From: a virus | IMG/VR virus record: IMGVR_UViG_3300037095_000059 | Direction: 5' to 3' (one strand) | Length of the DNA stretch: 64,000 nt | Part shown: in pieces, positions 36,694 through 45,524 of the stretch | Numbering within the stretch: position 1 is the stretch's first letter | Layout of the letters: each line of letters starts with the position of its first letter | The notes under the pieces: model-generated | Seen by the model: the letters and a program-made list of their open reading frames with translations, nothing else | Database searches by the model: none | What the model was told of the DNA's origin: nothing | Position numbers and translations under genes: made by a program

Positions 36694-38729
36694 TAACCAA
36701 ATATACCAGCGCCCAAAATGTTAGGCATTCCGTGGGGGGTTCCCGACCAAACTTCTGGTTCGGGGGAGAACATATCAGAAACAACAGGTTCCGGCTGAGC
36801 ACTCACGATGTTCCCGTTTTCGTCCAGGTACGAGCCTTTCCTTGCCATGTACTCTTCGTCAAACAATTGACCCCAGCCCTGTCGGTCGATATTGAAGAAC
36901 ATCTCCGTGCTGTTTTCGACTATGGCTTGAGTCGCCCTCGGCGCGTAGCGAGGTTGGTATCCGAGGTTGTCTGGAATATCATCGTGGTGGTGACTGGACA
37001 TGCAGGCTTGGAATTCTTTGTAAAGAGCGTCCAGGGTTGGATACTTCGGCTGCATCGCAAAATTAGCGAACTTCAGTCTGCCTTCTTGAATCCAGGGGAG
37101 CAAACTGCCCATGCGAATTTTCTTGGCGTCCTTCTCGTTGCTGGGGGTTACCCAATCTATGTGCGTGCAAACCGCAATAACATAAGGATCGCCTGTCTTT
37201 TGCGCCTCGGCGTGGATGGCGGGCTCTAAGTTCTTGGAGCCGCCCGCGTCTTCTATCCCAAGGATGAAAGGTCGTTCTTCCACGACAAGTTGGACAATGG
37301 CTTGGGCCGCCGAGAAAGGGTTGAATCGGTCCCGAATGACTTTTCGAACATAGCCTACGGTTTTGCGTGCTCCGGTTCTCTTCTCAACAGAGTCAAGTAC
37401 GTCTTCTTCCCCCCACATTACAGAGCTTCCAACGCAGTAGTCGGTGCCTTTCTTTTCGCTGAAGGACAAGTCCCAAAACTGGGATACTGGGCCCTGGCGC
37501 GGCAGCATGTGATAAGGAACCGTAGCGCGTAGAAGGGAAGGCAGGTCGAAGACCACCGAGCTTGCGGTCCTGGGGTTCTGATTTAGCTGCCCCTCGAAGA
37601 CCCTCTCGTTGTTCGCGTACTCGCCCATCAACCAGGGATAGGGTTGCTTTTTGGGAAGCAGGAGTATGCAGCCGTCTTCTCCGGCCTCGATGTAATTTAC
37701 CGGCTTACCTTCGCGTCGGAGCCGTTCTTCAACTTCTGGATTGATCTGACAGGCTTTGCCAATCAGTATTTTAATGGCGTAGGTTTTGTTGTAAGTGAGC
37801 GTCCAACCAACTCCGGTCGTGGTTTCGATCTCGCCGTTGGTTAGGTACTTGTCGAGCAAAATCCCATAATGATCTTCTTCCGCATAGCGGGTTCCCACGT
37901 AGTCTTTGTAAAAACCGCCAGGCATCAGCAGCTTTTCGGAAAGAAACAGCTTCTCCGACACGGTGGAACACTGTTCCGAGGTTTCAGTATTCTTGTCCGA
38001 AACGGCGTCGTCTGACTTGATGACTTCGTAGTGCCACCCGGATTTAGTCTTTCCCACAGAGGAAGCAACAACCGTCGGCTCTTTGCGGCCCGTCTTTTTG
38101 GCCTTGTATACCGGGGTTGTAAAAAGGGTTCCAGCCCCCATATCTTTGGGCAAGCAGCAATGTTCGGGAAAGAATAGATTGAAGAGAGTCGGAGCGTCTT
38201 CTCTCAGAGTAAAATACCCTTTCAATTCTCCGGTAAAGCCCTTGGACAGCGTGGCTTCGGCAGTTTGGTACAGGATTCTAAGTACGGGAAAAGCTATAAT
38301 CCATTGAAGGGCGTCGATATGGTCATACGACGATTTTGCGCCGCCACGCGGCCAGAGCAAAACTCGGGTCTTAACCGGGTCCTGATCCTGAATGGATTTG
38401 GTTGGGTCCTTCTTAACGAACAACTCAGCGAAAATGTCGTACTGCGGGTCGAGGAAGATGTTCTCTGAAATCGGGACTTCGCCCCCGTTGCTCACGGACA
38501 TGGAGTCCCACAAGAAATACTTTGCCAGCCACTTCAGGTCTGCGATGCTGCGCCTGCGAACTTCCTTGCCCAGGTTGGAATTGGGGATGTGGTCCGAGCC
38601 CAGCTTGGACATGTTGACCAGGTCCTGCTTGCCGCCCTGAAGGAGGTCATAGAGCGCGTCATCGGGGATTAGCTCGTACCCACCGTATTGGTCATAGAGC
38701 GCGTCTATTTGGTCAGAGAAACTAAGCAT
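36693..38729 (-). CDS. terminase large subunit
   Basis: 678 aa. Walker-A-like LLWPRGGAKSS, later acidic motifs, and a position next to the portal. Confidence 0.75.
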   Translation of the reverse strand: MLSFSDQIDALYDQYGGYELIPDDALYDLLQGGKQDLVNMSKLGSDHIPNSNLGKEVRRRSIADLKWLAKYFLWDSMSVSNGGEVPISENIFLDPQYDIFAELFVKKDPTKSIQDQDPVKTRVLLWPRGGAKSSYDHIDALQWIIAFPVLRILYQTAEATLSKGFTGELKGYFTLREDAPTLFNLFFPEHCCLPKDMGAGTLFTTPVYKAKKTGRKEPTVVASSVGKTKSGWHYEVIKSDDAVSDKNTETSEQCSTVSEKLFLSEKLLMPGGFYKDYVGTRYAEEDHYGILLDKYLTNGEIETTTGVGWTLTYNKTYAIKILIGKACQINPEVEERLRREGKPVNYIEAGEDGCILLLPKKQPYPWLMGEYANNERVFEGQLNQNPRTASSVVFDLPSLLRATVPYHMLPRQGPVSQFWDLSFSEKKGTDYCVGSSVMWGEEDVLDSVEKRTGARKTVGYVRKVIRDRFNPFSAAQAIVQLVVEERPFILGIEDAGGSKNLEPAIHAEAQKTGDPYVIAVCTHIDWVTPSNEKDAKKIRMGSLLPWIQEGRLKFANFAMQPKYPTLDALYKEFQACMSSHHHDDIPDNLGYQPRYAPRATQAIVENSTEMFFNIDRQGWGQLFDEEYMARKGSYLDENGNIVSAQPEPVVSDMFSPEPEVWSGTPHGMPNILGAGIFG

Positions 38730-38733
38730 AGTT

Positions 38734-38748
38734 GTCCGGGTAATGGAC
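38734..38748. repeat. 15-bp motif copy
   Basis: GTCCGGGTAATGGAC; 5 nt upstream of the terminase ATG. Confidence 0.9.
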
Positions 38749-38894
38749 TATTTCTTCTTGGCTTTCTTGGGGAGCGGGATTTTAGCCCCCTCTTTCCGGG
38801 CGTATGAAATTTCAATTGCCCGGGCTTGGGCCGCGTTTTTGACGATGGGGCCGCCTTTTCCCGAGTGCAGTTTTCCGGCTCTAAAATCCGTCAT
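38748..38894 (-). CDS. small basic protein, 48 aa
   Basis: Not in the track (<60 aa). MTDFRAGKLHSGKGGPIVKNAAQARAIEISYARKEGAKIPLPKKAKKK. TAATG overlap with the upstream gene. Confidence 0.45.
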   Translation of the reverse strand: MTDFRAGKLHSGKGGPIVKNAAQARAIEISYARKEGAKIPLPKKAKKK

Positions 38895-39079
38895 TATTTC
38901 TTTGGCTGGCATTCGTTCTCCAAGTCTTTGAGAATAAGATCGGCAAAAGCCGCCTCGTTCTCGTGCTCCAGGGCGACAGCTTTGTATCCGTTTTCTCGGG
39001 CGTACACGGCGGCTACTAAAGATTTGTGCCGATGTCCAAGAACAAATAGTCTGATTCTTTCCAAAGACTCAGATGTCAT
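38894..39079 (-). CDS. hypothetical protein, 61 aa
   Basis: Track ORF. Confidence 0.45.
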   Translation of the reverse strand: MTSESLERIRLFVLGHRHKSLVAAVYARENGYKAVALEHENEAAFADLILKDLENECQPKK

Positions 39080-39099
39080 ACGCCTCTTGTTAGAGCTTG

Positions 39100-39255
39100 T
39101 TAGAGCTTCTTTGCAACCGCAGTTTCGATGCCCTTCAAGCGGGCTTCAATGGTGGTTTCCAAACTTGCGACAGCGGCGGCCAACTGCTTCGAAAAGTAGT
39201 GACCCCCGACGAATCCGACGATAGCCGACAATACTGCTGTGTAAACGTAGTCCAT
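39100..39255 (-). CDS. small membrane protein, 51 aa
   Basis: Not in the track. MDYVYTAVLSAIVGFVGGHYF...; GGAGAACAA RBS. Confidence 0.45.
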   Translation of the reverse strand: MDYVYTAVLSAIVGFVGGHYFSKQLAAAVASLETTIEARLKGIETAVAKKL

Positions 39256-39274
39256 TTGTTCTCCTATGGTGCTG

Positions 39275-39601
39275 TTATGGTGCTGGTGTGGTGGGTGGTT
39301 GAACTTGCTGGGTTGCGTTCGGTGCCCGGTTGTTCACGGCGTCCGCGCTGTATTTCAAACCGGCAAGCACTCCGCAAAGCATAGTGGCGAACGTTCCGAC
39401 CGACCCGACAAAAGTAACGATGTCAGTGACCGAGATGGCCCCGTGGAGTTTGTAAATCAGGCAGCTAATCCAGGACAGGGCCGCTGTCACCACCATCAAG
39501 ATACAAACCTTAGTGTTGCTAACCGTCCCGTCTTTGTCAGACAACTGCGACCGCAGGAACCCCGCCGCCCAGTTGCCGCCTAATGTTGAAGTTCCGTTCA
39601 T
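39275..39601 (-). CDS. multi-pass membrane protein, 108 aa (holin-like by shape only)
   Basis: Track ORF trimmed to ATG 39601 (TAATG overlap). Two to three hydrophobic segments. Confidence 0.45.
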   Translation of the reverse strand: MNGTSTLGGNWAAGFLRSQLSDKDGTVSNTKVCILMVVTAALSWISCLIYKLHGAISVTDIVTFVGSVGTFATMLCGVLAGLKYSADAVNNRAPNATQQVQPPTTPAP

Positions 39602-40233
39602 TACTTTTTCCCAAGGGCATAGGCCGTGCCACCCGCGACAACAGCCGTAATCCCGATGATTTTTGCGTCGTGCCGGAACCTCTGCCAAAACGTACCGCCT
39701 TTAAGCGCGGTCTTATAGGCATCCCGTTGGGTAGTAGTTTCTTTCAGTTCGTCCACAGTCGTTGCTTGAGTAAGAGTACACGCTGAGAGTTTCGCGCTGT
39801 TTTCTTCGCAGTTAATGGCGTAGTCCTGAAGGGTCTTCAAATCCACGGCAGGAATCTGAACTACAGGAGCAGACGGAACTTCCGTTGGTTTTCCGTTCAC
39901 GACTTGTTGCGTCGGAGGAGGAGTAACCACTTGCAAGGGCTGAGCCAGATTGGGAAACAACTTGGAGGCCGAAATGACAATCTGCTGCGGAGTCGCTGGG
40001 AGGCTTCTTGCTGATTCCAAATCGGACAGTCTTGCCGCCAAGTCTGTTTGAACTTTGGCTGCGTTAGCTTTGTCCGCCTGAATCTGCGTCTGGGCAGTAG
40101 CCACCGTTGCCTCGGCCTTGATGCGGGCGTCGTGCTCTTGTAACCATTCGTAGGCACCAAAGATCAGAACCGCAGCGACGACAGCGGTAACGATCCAGCC
40201 CAGCTTCGAACTTGGAACGACGGTGGTTGTCAT
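39601..40233 (-). CDS. membrane-anchored coiled-coil protein, 210 aa
   Basis: Track ORF. N- and C-terminal hydrophobic segments. Confidence 0.55.
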   Translation of the reverse strand: MTTTVVPSSKLGWIVTAVVAAVLIFGAYEWLQEHDARIKAEATVATAQTQIQADKANAAKVQTDLAARLSDLESARSLPATPQQIVISASKLFPNLAQPLQVVTPPPTQQVVNGKPTEVPSAPVVQIPAVDLKTLQDYAINCEENSAKLSACTLTQATTVDELKETTTQRDAYKTALKGGTFWQRFRHDAKIIGITAVVAGGTAYALGKK

Positions 40234-40608
40234 TTACATTCCTTGCTGCGGCGCGGGAGCCGGGGGTCCGCCCGGTCCGGGGGCTGCCGCTCCTGCGGCT
40301 GCGGGTCCTGCTTGAGACATATCCGGAGAAGGAGCGGCCTGCGGAACGGGGGCCTGATCTCCCATGTTGGCATCCATGTGCGAATGCAAGGCTTCGAGGT
40401 CTGGGAGGACATGCTCTTCATCCGGCTCGGGAGCCGTGTCGGGAGAGTTGGGGTCTGCGTCGTGAATATGCTTGGCGATAAAGCCGCCAGACTTACCGCG
40501 CCGGATATGAATTTCCTTTGGGTGCTTCTTGGTCTTCGACTTCTTGGAGGACTTCTTGCTGCCCCCGCTCATTGCGGAATGAGCCCGGGATGTTTTTTCT
40601 TCTGCCAT
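40234..40608 (-). CDS. hypothetical basic/Pro-rich protein, 124 aa
   Basis: Track ORF. Confidence 0.5.
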   Translation of the reverse strand: MAEEKTSRAHSAMSGGSKKSSKKSKTKKHPKEIHIRRGKSGGFIAKHIHDADPNSPDTAPEPDEEHVLPDLEALHSHMDANMGDQAPVPQAAPSPDMSQAGPAAAGAAAPGPGGPPAPAPQQGM

Positions 40609-40626
40609 ATTGGTTTCCTTTGTGCT

Positions 40627-40641
40627 GTCCGGGTAATGGAC
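40627..40641. repeat. 15-bp motif copy
   Basis: GTCCGGGTAATGGAC; 19 nt upstream of the start at 40608. Confidence 0.9.
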
Positions 40642-40659
40642 GGGGTTAGAAAAAGTCGG

Positions 40660-40773
40660 TTACTTTTTCTTTGCGATAGCTTTCAAACCTGTGGCTACCT
40701 GTTGGGGCGAGCCCTTCAGCTTGATTTTGATCTTGGCCTCTGGGGCCTTGACTGACGGTTTCTTCGTGGTCAT
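40660..40773 (-). CDS. small Lys-rich protein, 37 aa
   Basis: Not in the track. ATG 40773 after CAGGAGAAACAC. Confidence 0.35.
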   Translation of the reverse strand: MTTKKPSVKAPEAKIKIKLKGSPQQVATGLKAIAKKK

Positions 40774-40871
40774 GTGTTTCTCCTGTTGTACCTCTGGTCT
40801 ATTGTCGCGTGAAATCTCCTCGGCCAGCATCATCTCTCCTGGCCGCTTCCCTGGCCCGTTGTTGCGCCGCC

Positions 40872-40939
40872 CCGATTACTGGATATGCAGCGCGTCCGTG
40901 TTCTGATTTCATGCCCTAGTTTCCGTCGCAGTGATAGAA
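40872..40939. repeat. 68-bp segment identical to 17413..17480
   Basis: Same 68 nt across the last codons and 3-prime flank of the 536-aa gene. Confidence 0.9.
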
Positions 40940-42526
40940 AACTACGCCTGTTTCCGCTGCCGTGAATGTGATCGTGAACCCCGTCTTGCTGATGGCGCTG
41001 ATGTAGGGAATGGCCGTCGCATTATCCGGTGTCACCACACAGAATGCCGCGTTCGTCCAGCCGGAGTTGGCAAAGGTGATATTCACACTTGTAGCTGCGC
41101 TCAGGCCAGTGATCTCTCCGCCCATGTTGCTGCTGTAAGCGGCTACGCTTCCTGCTGAGGCTGTTGGGGCTGTGGCTGTGAGCGATATTGTGCCCCCACC
41201 TTTGATCCTAAAAGCCTCTCCCAGTGTGCCATTCAATACAGTTCGGAAAACTAAATCCGCACTCAGAGTTGCTTGACGGTAATCAGTAGTTGTGGCAGAG
41301 ACTTCTCCTTGTACGGTAGAATTCTGTGTGGAAGTTGGAAGCATGAAACTAAACCCAGCCTTACTTCCGTTTGCGTTTGCGTCCGCTCCTGCATATGCTT
41401 CAACTGGAATCATCAACGAGCTGTTGAAGCCGCCCGTGGTAGACTGAAAGGTTATGCCATTACCATTACTCTGTATAAGAATGCCAGAGCTACCATTTAT
41501 CTCAAAACGATTATCGCCGCCCCCAGCTATACTTATACTTCCACTATGGGTACTATTATCGGTAACTGAGAATGCTGGTATACCCATATTCAGTGGTACA
41601 GTGGAGGCAAAAGTTGTTGCGTTGACATACCCCGTTGTATTCGCGGTAGGATACGCCCCACCTGCCGGGTAGCTTGCCGCTGCTGTGTAGGTAGTAGCCG
41701 CCGCGTTCTGCTGGAAGCTCGTTCCGGTCGCTACTGAGTAGTAAGCGAACGATCCGGTATTCTTCATCCAAATGTAGCCCGTCGTGCAGCCACTCGGCAG
41801 CGTATAGCTCCAGACGATGTAGCTTGAGCCGCCGGTTGTAGTGACGTTGGCGGATGCAACGCCGAGCGTTGTGTTTGCTCCGCTAGAATCAATGCACGTT
41901 ACCGCAGCTTCGTTCGTGGTGCTTGCGCCTACAGACTGGCCGGAGTTTGTCGCTACGCCTGTTGGCGCTGCTGCGTTGGCAACTGTGCTCAGCGTCAGGC
42001 CGGTCATGGACTGATTCTCTGTAAACGTGTTGGCAATCCCCGTTCCTGCCGCGCCTAGACTTGTCAATGCCGCCGCAGCCGTAGTTGCACCTGTGCCGCC
42101 CGACGCCGGAAGCAATGGCGATCCAAGCGTCTCACTGCCAGCCGCGATGGTACCTGGGAAAGTGGCCGTACCACTAGCCCCGATGGCCCCTGTCTGCGTT
42201 GCGCCAAGGTTGACTTGAGCGCCGATACTCGCTGGCGTCGCCGAGATCACGCCTGCTGTATTGAGTATCGTAGTCCCATCCGGCATCACGCCGCCCAGTA
42301 CACTGCTGGTTGCCGTGGGCAGTGAGTAACTTGTTGCTGCCCAGGTGCCGTTATTGCAAGTATACACAACCCCTGTAGAGATCACAACTTCAATAGGGGG
42401 AGAAGCGGGGCACGCTCCCGAGGGGGCGACTGGGACATAGATAACTTGGTTGTTCACCGGCAGTTGTGCCGAGGCTGTCCAGGTAATGGACAACATGAGC
42501 GCGGCGAGAAAAAGGAGTTTCTTCAT
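40916..42526 (-). CDS. fibre / receptor-binding-like protein with Sec-type signal peptide, 536 aa
   Basis: Track ORF. Signal peptide is MKKLLFLAALMLSITWTASA|Q. Shares SIGAQVNLGATQTGAIGASGTATFPGT, GSETLGSPLLPASGGTGATTAA and the ~85-aa C-terminal domain (...FYHCDGN) with the 994-aa protein. Confidence 0.7.
   Translation of the reverse strand: MKKLLFLAALMLSITWTASAQLPVNNQVIYVPVAPSGACPASPPIEVVISTGVVYTCNNGTWAATSYSLPTATSSVLGGVMPDGTTILNTAGVISATPASIGAQVNLGATQTGAIGASGTATFPGTIAAGSETLGSPLLPASGGTGATTAAAALTSLGAAGTGIANTFTENQSMTGLTLSTVANAAAPTGVATNSGQSVGASTTNEAAVTCIDSSGANTTLGVASANVTTTGGSSYIVWSYTLPSGCTTGYIWMKNTGSFAYYSVATGTSFQQNAAATTYTAAASYPAGGAYPTANTTGYVNATTFASTVPLNMGIPAFSVTDNSTHSGSISIAGGGDNRFEINGSSGILIQSNGNGITFQSTTGGFNSSLMIPVEAYAGADANANGSKAGFSFMLPTSTQNSTVQGEVSATTTDYRQATLSADLVFRTVLNGTLGEAFRIKGGGTISLTATAPTASAGSVAAYSSNMGGEITGLSAATSVNITFANSGWTNAAFCVVTPDNATAIPYISAISKTGFTITFTAAETGVVFYHCDGN
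42477..42491. repeat. 15-bp motif copy
   Basis: GTCCAGGTAATGGAC; inside the signal-peptide codons of the 536-aa gene. Confidence 0.9.
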
Positions 42527-42530
42527 TTAA

Positions 42531-42851
42531 TTAGACCGTCCACCAAATCCAGAGTTTTGTTCCCGTTGCCGTCAGTCCCGTTACAGCAAAGTCGCGCCAA
42601 GTCAAAGCACCTGTTGTATCAGTCGGGCTGTCGAGAAACAATTCCGTATTGGCGGCTGTTGAAGCTGCAACTGACATTACGGGATATAGCGGAGCACTAT
42701 CAGAGGGTGCGGTAATCGCTACCGTTCCTACACTGGCCGCGCTCGCCCCGACAATGAGTAGAAGTTTTTGGACCCGGATTCCCGTGGTGTAGCCAGCACC
42801 GGAAACAACTGCGCTGTTTCGCCAGGTTGTAATGTCAGAATCCAAAATCAT
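42531..42851 (-). CDS. hypothetical protein, 106 aa
   Basis: Track ORF trimmed to ATG 42851. Confidence 0.45.
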   Translation of the reverse strand: MILDSDITTWRNSAVVSGAGYTTGIRVQKLLLIVGASAASVGTVAITAPSDSAPLYPVMSVAASTAANTELFLDSPTDTTGALTWRDFAVTGLTATGTKLWIWWTV

Positions 42852-42871
42852 TGGTTGTGTTGTAAGTGAGT

Positions 42872-43153
42872 TCAAAGAATTACTCCTTGTACGGAAGAAG
42901 CAAGTTTCGCGCCCCGCCCGTTGCTTCCATATTTCTCGCGCCGTTTTACCCAAGACGCAGTAACAGCTTCGCTGACGTTGGCTCTATGATTTTCAGACAA
43001 AGGCTTGCCCAATTTAGCGATCCGTTGCTTTTCTTTGGTTTCGGAAGATCGAAACTTGCCTTTGCCTACGTAATACGGAGAACCCTCTTCGCCGTACTCC
43101 GAAGATTTAGAACGTAAATAAGCATAGACATAGTAGCCGGTCTTCTTGCTCAT
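42872..43153 (-). CDS. short GIY-YIG-like nuclease-domain protein, 93 aa
   Basis: GYYVYAYL...PYYVGKG plus one NUMOD3-like GKPLSENHRANVSEA. Much shorter than 27858..28664, so possibly a remnant. Confidence 0.55.
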   Translation of the reverse strand: MSKKTGYYVYAYLRSKSSEYGEEGSPYYVGKGKFRSSETKEKQRIAKLGKPLSENHRANVSEAVTASWVKRREKYGSNGRGAKLASSVQGVIL

Positions 43154-43162
43154 TAGGTTCCT

Positions 43163-43381
43163 TTACAACTTGAAGTGTTTTCTGATTAGAACTTTGATAG
43201 CAGCAACCTGCGCCTGGTAGTAAACCTTTATTGATTTTTCTGCGGCGTCTCGGGCAACCAATGAATCGCCCAAGAATTCTTTCAGGTCCTTTTCGATTTC
43301 CTTGATCCACAACTGCCGATCAGCAGCGAAAATCACCGTCAAGACGAAAACCACAACGAGTACCCAAAGCATGGCTTCCAT
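43163..43381 (-). CDS. small membrane protein, 72 aa
   Basis: Track ORF. N-terminal segment is MEAMLWVLVVVFVLTVIFAA. Confidence 0.5.
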   Translation of the reverse strand: MEAMLWVLVVVFVLTVIFAADRQLWIKEIEKDLKEFLGDSLVARDAAEKSIKVYYQAQVAAIKVLIRKHFKL

Positions 43382-43427
43382 ATTGATCTCCTTGTAGGGG
43401 CCCGAAGGCCCCCATAAGTTGTTGATT

Positions 43428-44060
43428 TTATATCCGGTTAATGCAAAACTCCTTGAAGTTGATTGTCGTCGTAGCTGCGGACGCCAACGTGAAGGACGGA
43501 ATGAAGTTCAGGTCGGTAACGGCAACGGAAGTGGCGTTGGCATTTGCCGCGTTGGAAATCAACACACCGTTCTGATACTGAGAAGTTCCAGCCCAAGACA
43601 GAATCTTGGTAAGACTGTCCCACAGGAACTGGGTCTTCATCACGTAGTTGACAGTAACGCTCGAAGTCAGGTTCGCGGTCGCCGTGCCCGTAACAACCTT
43701 GGTACAGCCCGTGCTGAGAGTACCCAGGGTGTATCCCGTGGCTGCTGGGCCGCCCGCGAATGTCGATGCCTTGGCATTGTACAGGTTAACCAACAGGTTG
43801 GTTGTCGCCGTGCTTGACGCGGTGAAAGCCAGAACAACCTCGAACAGATGACCGTCGAAAGCGCCGCCCGCGATGTCAGACGAAACACCAACATATACGC
43901 CGGACGGGTAGGTCGAAGTCGAAAGCGGAAATTCGGGGGAAGGGAAGTAGGGAGATACTCCAGCGGCGGTGGGGGCGAGAAGCGGAGTTTCGGAGGTTAC
44001 CGCGATCACCTGCGAGTAGTTAAAATTGGGGAAGCCTGCAACTGTGTCTTGACGAGCCAT
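43428..44060 (-). CDS. structural protein, 210 aa (paralog of 25103..25840)
   Basis: Track ORF trimmed to ATG 44060 (MARQDTVAGFPNF...). Confidence 0.55.
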   Translation of the reverse strand: MARQDTVAGFPNFNYSQVIAVTSETPLLAPTAAGVSPYFPSPEFPLSTSTYPSGVYVGVSSDIAGGAFDGHLFEVVLAFTASSTATTNLLVNLYNAKASTFAGGPAATGYTLGTLSTGCTKVVTGTATANLTSSVTVNYVMKTQFLWDSLTKILSWAGTSQYQNGVLISNAANANATSVAVTDLNFIPSFTLASAATTTINFKEFCINRI

Positions 44061-44079
44061 GATGTTTGTCCTTTGGAGG

Positions 44080-44328
44080 CTAAAGAGCCTCGATTGTGAT
44101 CTTGAGTTTTCCGATGGAAGGAAGAACGGGATGTCCGGGAGGAGTGGTAAAGTGGAGGGAAATAGGATACGGAATTTCTGATTTCCAAATCCCTTCGGCT
44201 TTGATCTCCCAAACCTCTTCAGTTTTCTCGTTCCAATAAGGCAATGCCTTTTTGGGGGGCTTGGGGAATCGGCCAACCACACAACTCTTCACGCGCAGTT
44301 CCGCGACGATTTTGGATTCATCTGTCAT
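44080..44328 (-). CDS. hypothetical protein, 82 aa
   Basis: Track ORF. Confidence 0.45.
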   Translation of the reverse strand: MTDESKIVAELRVKSCVVGRFPKPPKKALPYWNEKTEEVWEIKAEGIWKSEIPYPISLHFTTPPGHPVLPSIGKLKITIEAL

Positions 44329-44371
44329 TTTTGGCTCTCTGGGATTCCGGCGCTCTGGCTCGGATCGGCGA

Positions 44372-45022
44372 TTAGTCCATTACCCGGACTAAAACTTTTT
44401 GTTTCTTCTTTGGTCTCCTCGAAGGAGCTTTCTTTCTGCAATCAATACATTGACCTTGCAGCCCGTTCCAACGAGAAGCATTTCTTTCGAAACTAGAAAG
44501 GGAGATAAAACTTTTGTGTGTGCTACACCAGGAGGTTCCTTCTGGACCCACTTTTCTAATGTTTCTGGGGGCTCTTTTTGGCTTCTCCGGAAGAGGAGGA
44601 AGCTCGGCACCTACCATTTGGAAAAGCTCTTGCCAGACTTCTCTGTCGTACCATTTCTTTCGGGCGGAGAAAATATCCCAGAGTTCGGATAGGGTCAGCG
44701 TCGGCTCGTCTTTTTCCAAACGAGAAATGGTTCTTATTCTGTGGCAATTGGCACAAACTAATTCGCACTTTTTAAGCTCAGAAACCAGAGCCGCAGGAGT
44801 GCAGCGCCTGACTATTGAGGCTATATTCATAACTTTGTCCCCGTCGATGTGGTCAAAATCCATAGCACAAGAGGGGAATTTTCCCCCACAATCCAGGCAG
44901 GGTCTGTTTTTCAAAAGGACCAAAAGGGCTTCAAAAACCCTTTTATACTGTTTATTCTTTTGTAAATAGTCCTCTTTGTTTTCCTCGTAGTGGGCGCGAT
45001 GATAGGCGGGGTCAGAGGGCAT
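44372..45022 (-). CDS. HNH homing endonuclease
   Basis: DFDHIDGDK...CANCHRIR. The track ORF start (45184) overlaps a tRNA, so the start was moved to ATG 45022. The last codons VRVMD are a motif copy. Confidence 0.8.
   Translation of the reverse strand: MPSDPAYHRAHYEENKEDYLQKNKQYKRVFEALLVLLKNRPCLDCGGKFPSCAMDFDHIDGDKVMNIASIVRRCTPAALVSELKKCELVCANCHRIRTISRLEKDEPTLTLSELWDIFSARKKWYDREVWQELFQMVGAELPPLPEKPKRAPRNIRKVGPEGTSWCSTHKSFISLSSFERNASRWNGLQGQCIDCRKKAPSRRPKKKQKVLVRVMD
44375..44389. repeat. 15-bp motif copy
   Basis: GTCCATTACCCGGAC; encodes the C-terminal VRVMD of the HNH protein. Confidence 0.9.
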
Positions 45023-45034
45023 ACTTCTCCAGAA

Positions 45035-45116
45035 TGGAGCGGAAGACGGGATTCGAACCCGCATGTCAAAGACAGTTGCTTGGAAGGCAACGGCTCTACC
45101 ACTGAGCGACTTCCGC
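45035..45116 (-). tRNA. tRNA, anticodon UCC (Gly) with an unusual 12-nt extra arm
   Basis: Acceptor GCGGAAG/CTTCCGC, T-arm GCGGG-TTCGAAT-CCCGT, anticodon arm GTTGC-CTTCCAA-GCAAC, CCA encoded. Confidence 0.7.
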
Positions 45117-45203
45117 ATGAAACTTGGTAGGCGACTGTGGAATCTAACCACAATGACACCCCTATCGAGGGTGCGTCCTAACATTGGACGAGTCGCCCGT
45201 AAA

Positions 45204-45279
45204 TGGTGTGGTCGGCAGGACTCGAACCTGCGGTGAACTGGGTGTAGGCCAGCCGATTTAGCCGCTAATCTACGACCAC
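45204..45279 (-). tRNA. tRNA-Val (UAC)
   Basis: Acceptor GTGGTCG/CGACCAC, T-arm GCAGG-TTCGAGT-CCTGC, loop CCTACAC, CCA encoded. Confidence 0.8.
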
Positions 45280-45284
45280 AGAAA

Positions 45285-45359
45285 TGGGGCGCGTAGCCGG
45301 AATCGAGCCGACATTCTGACCTTCGGAGGGTCGAGTTCTGTCCGTTGAACTATACGCGC
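45285..45359 (-). tRNA. tRNA-Arg (CCG)
   Basis: Acceptor GCGCGTA/TACGCGC, T-loop CTCGATT, anticodon loop CTCCGAA. Confidence 0.75.
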
Positions 45360-45363
45360 AAAC

Positions 45364-45439
45364 TGGAACCGACCACGGGACTTCAACCCGCATCAACTTC
45401 GTTAGGACCGAAGGGCTCTGTGCATTGAGCTAAGTCGGC
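45364..45439 (-). tRNA. tRNA-Arg (CCU)
   Basis: Acceptor GCCGACT/GGTCGGT, T-arm GCGGG-TTGAAGT-CCCGT, loop GTCCTAA. Confidence 0.75.
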
Positions 45440-45443
45440 GAAA

Positions 45444-45518
45444 TGGAAACCCCATCCGGAGTCAAACCGGAATCTAACGAATAGAAGCCGTTGCTCTCTT
45501 CCCTTGAGCTATGGGGTC
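45444..45518 (-). tRNA. tRNA-Arg (UCU)
   Basis: Acceptor GACCCCA/TGGGGTT, T-arm TCCGG-TTTGACT-CCGGA, loop CTTCTAT. Confidence 0.7.
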
Positions 45519-45524
45519 AAAATT

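Noticed and set aside
39086-39105. A tandem duplication CTTGTTAGAG x2 downstream of the 51-aa membrane-protein gene
   Set aside because: It has only two units in a short spacer, with no evident function.
39275-40233. Calling the membrane proteins near 39.3-40.2 kb, or 11.8-12.6 kb, holin or spanin
   Set aside because: The only evidence is hydrophobic segments and coiled coils. They are far from the lysin candidate at 54724..55218.
44372-45184. The N-terminal 54 codons of the track ORF for the HNH gene, and likewise 50569..50700 of ORF 50398..50700
   Set aside because: These extensions run through tRNA genes. Internal ATGs with RBSs give sensible proteins.
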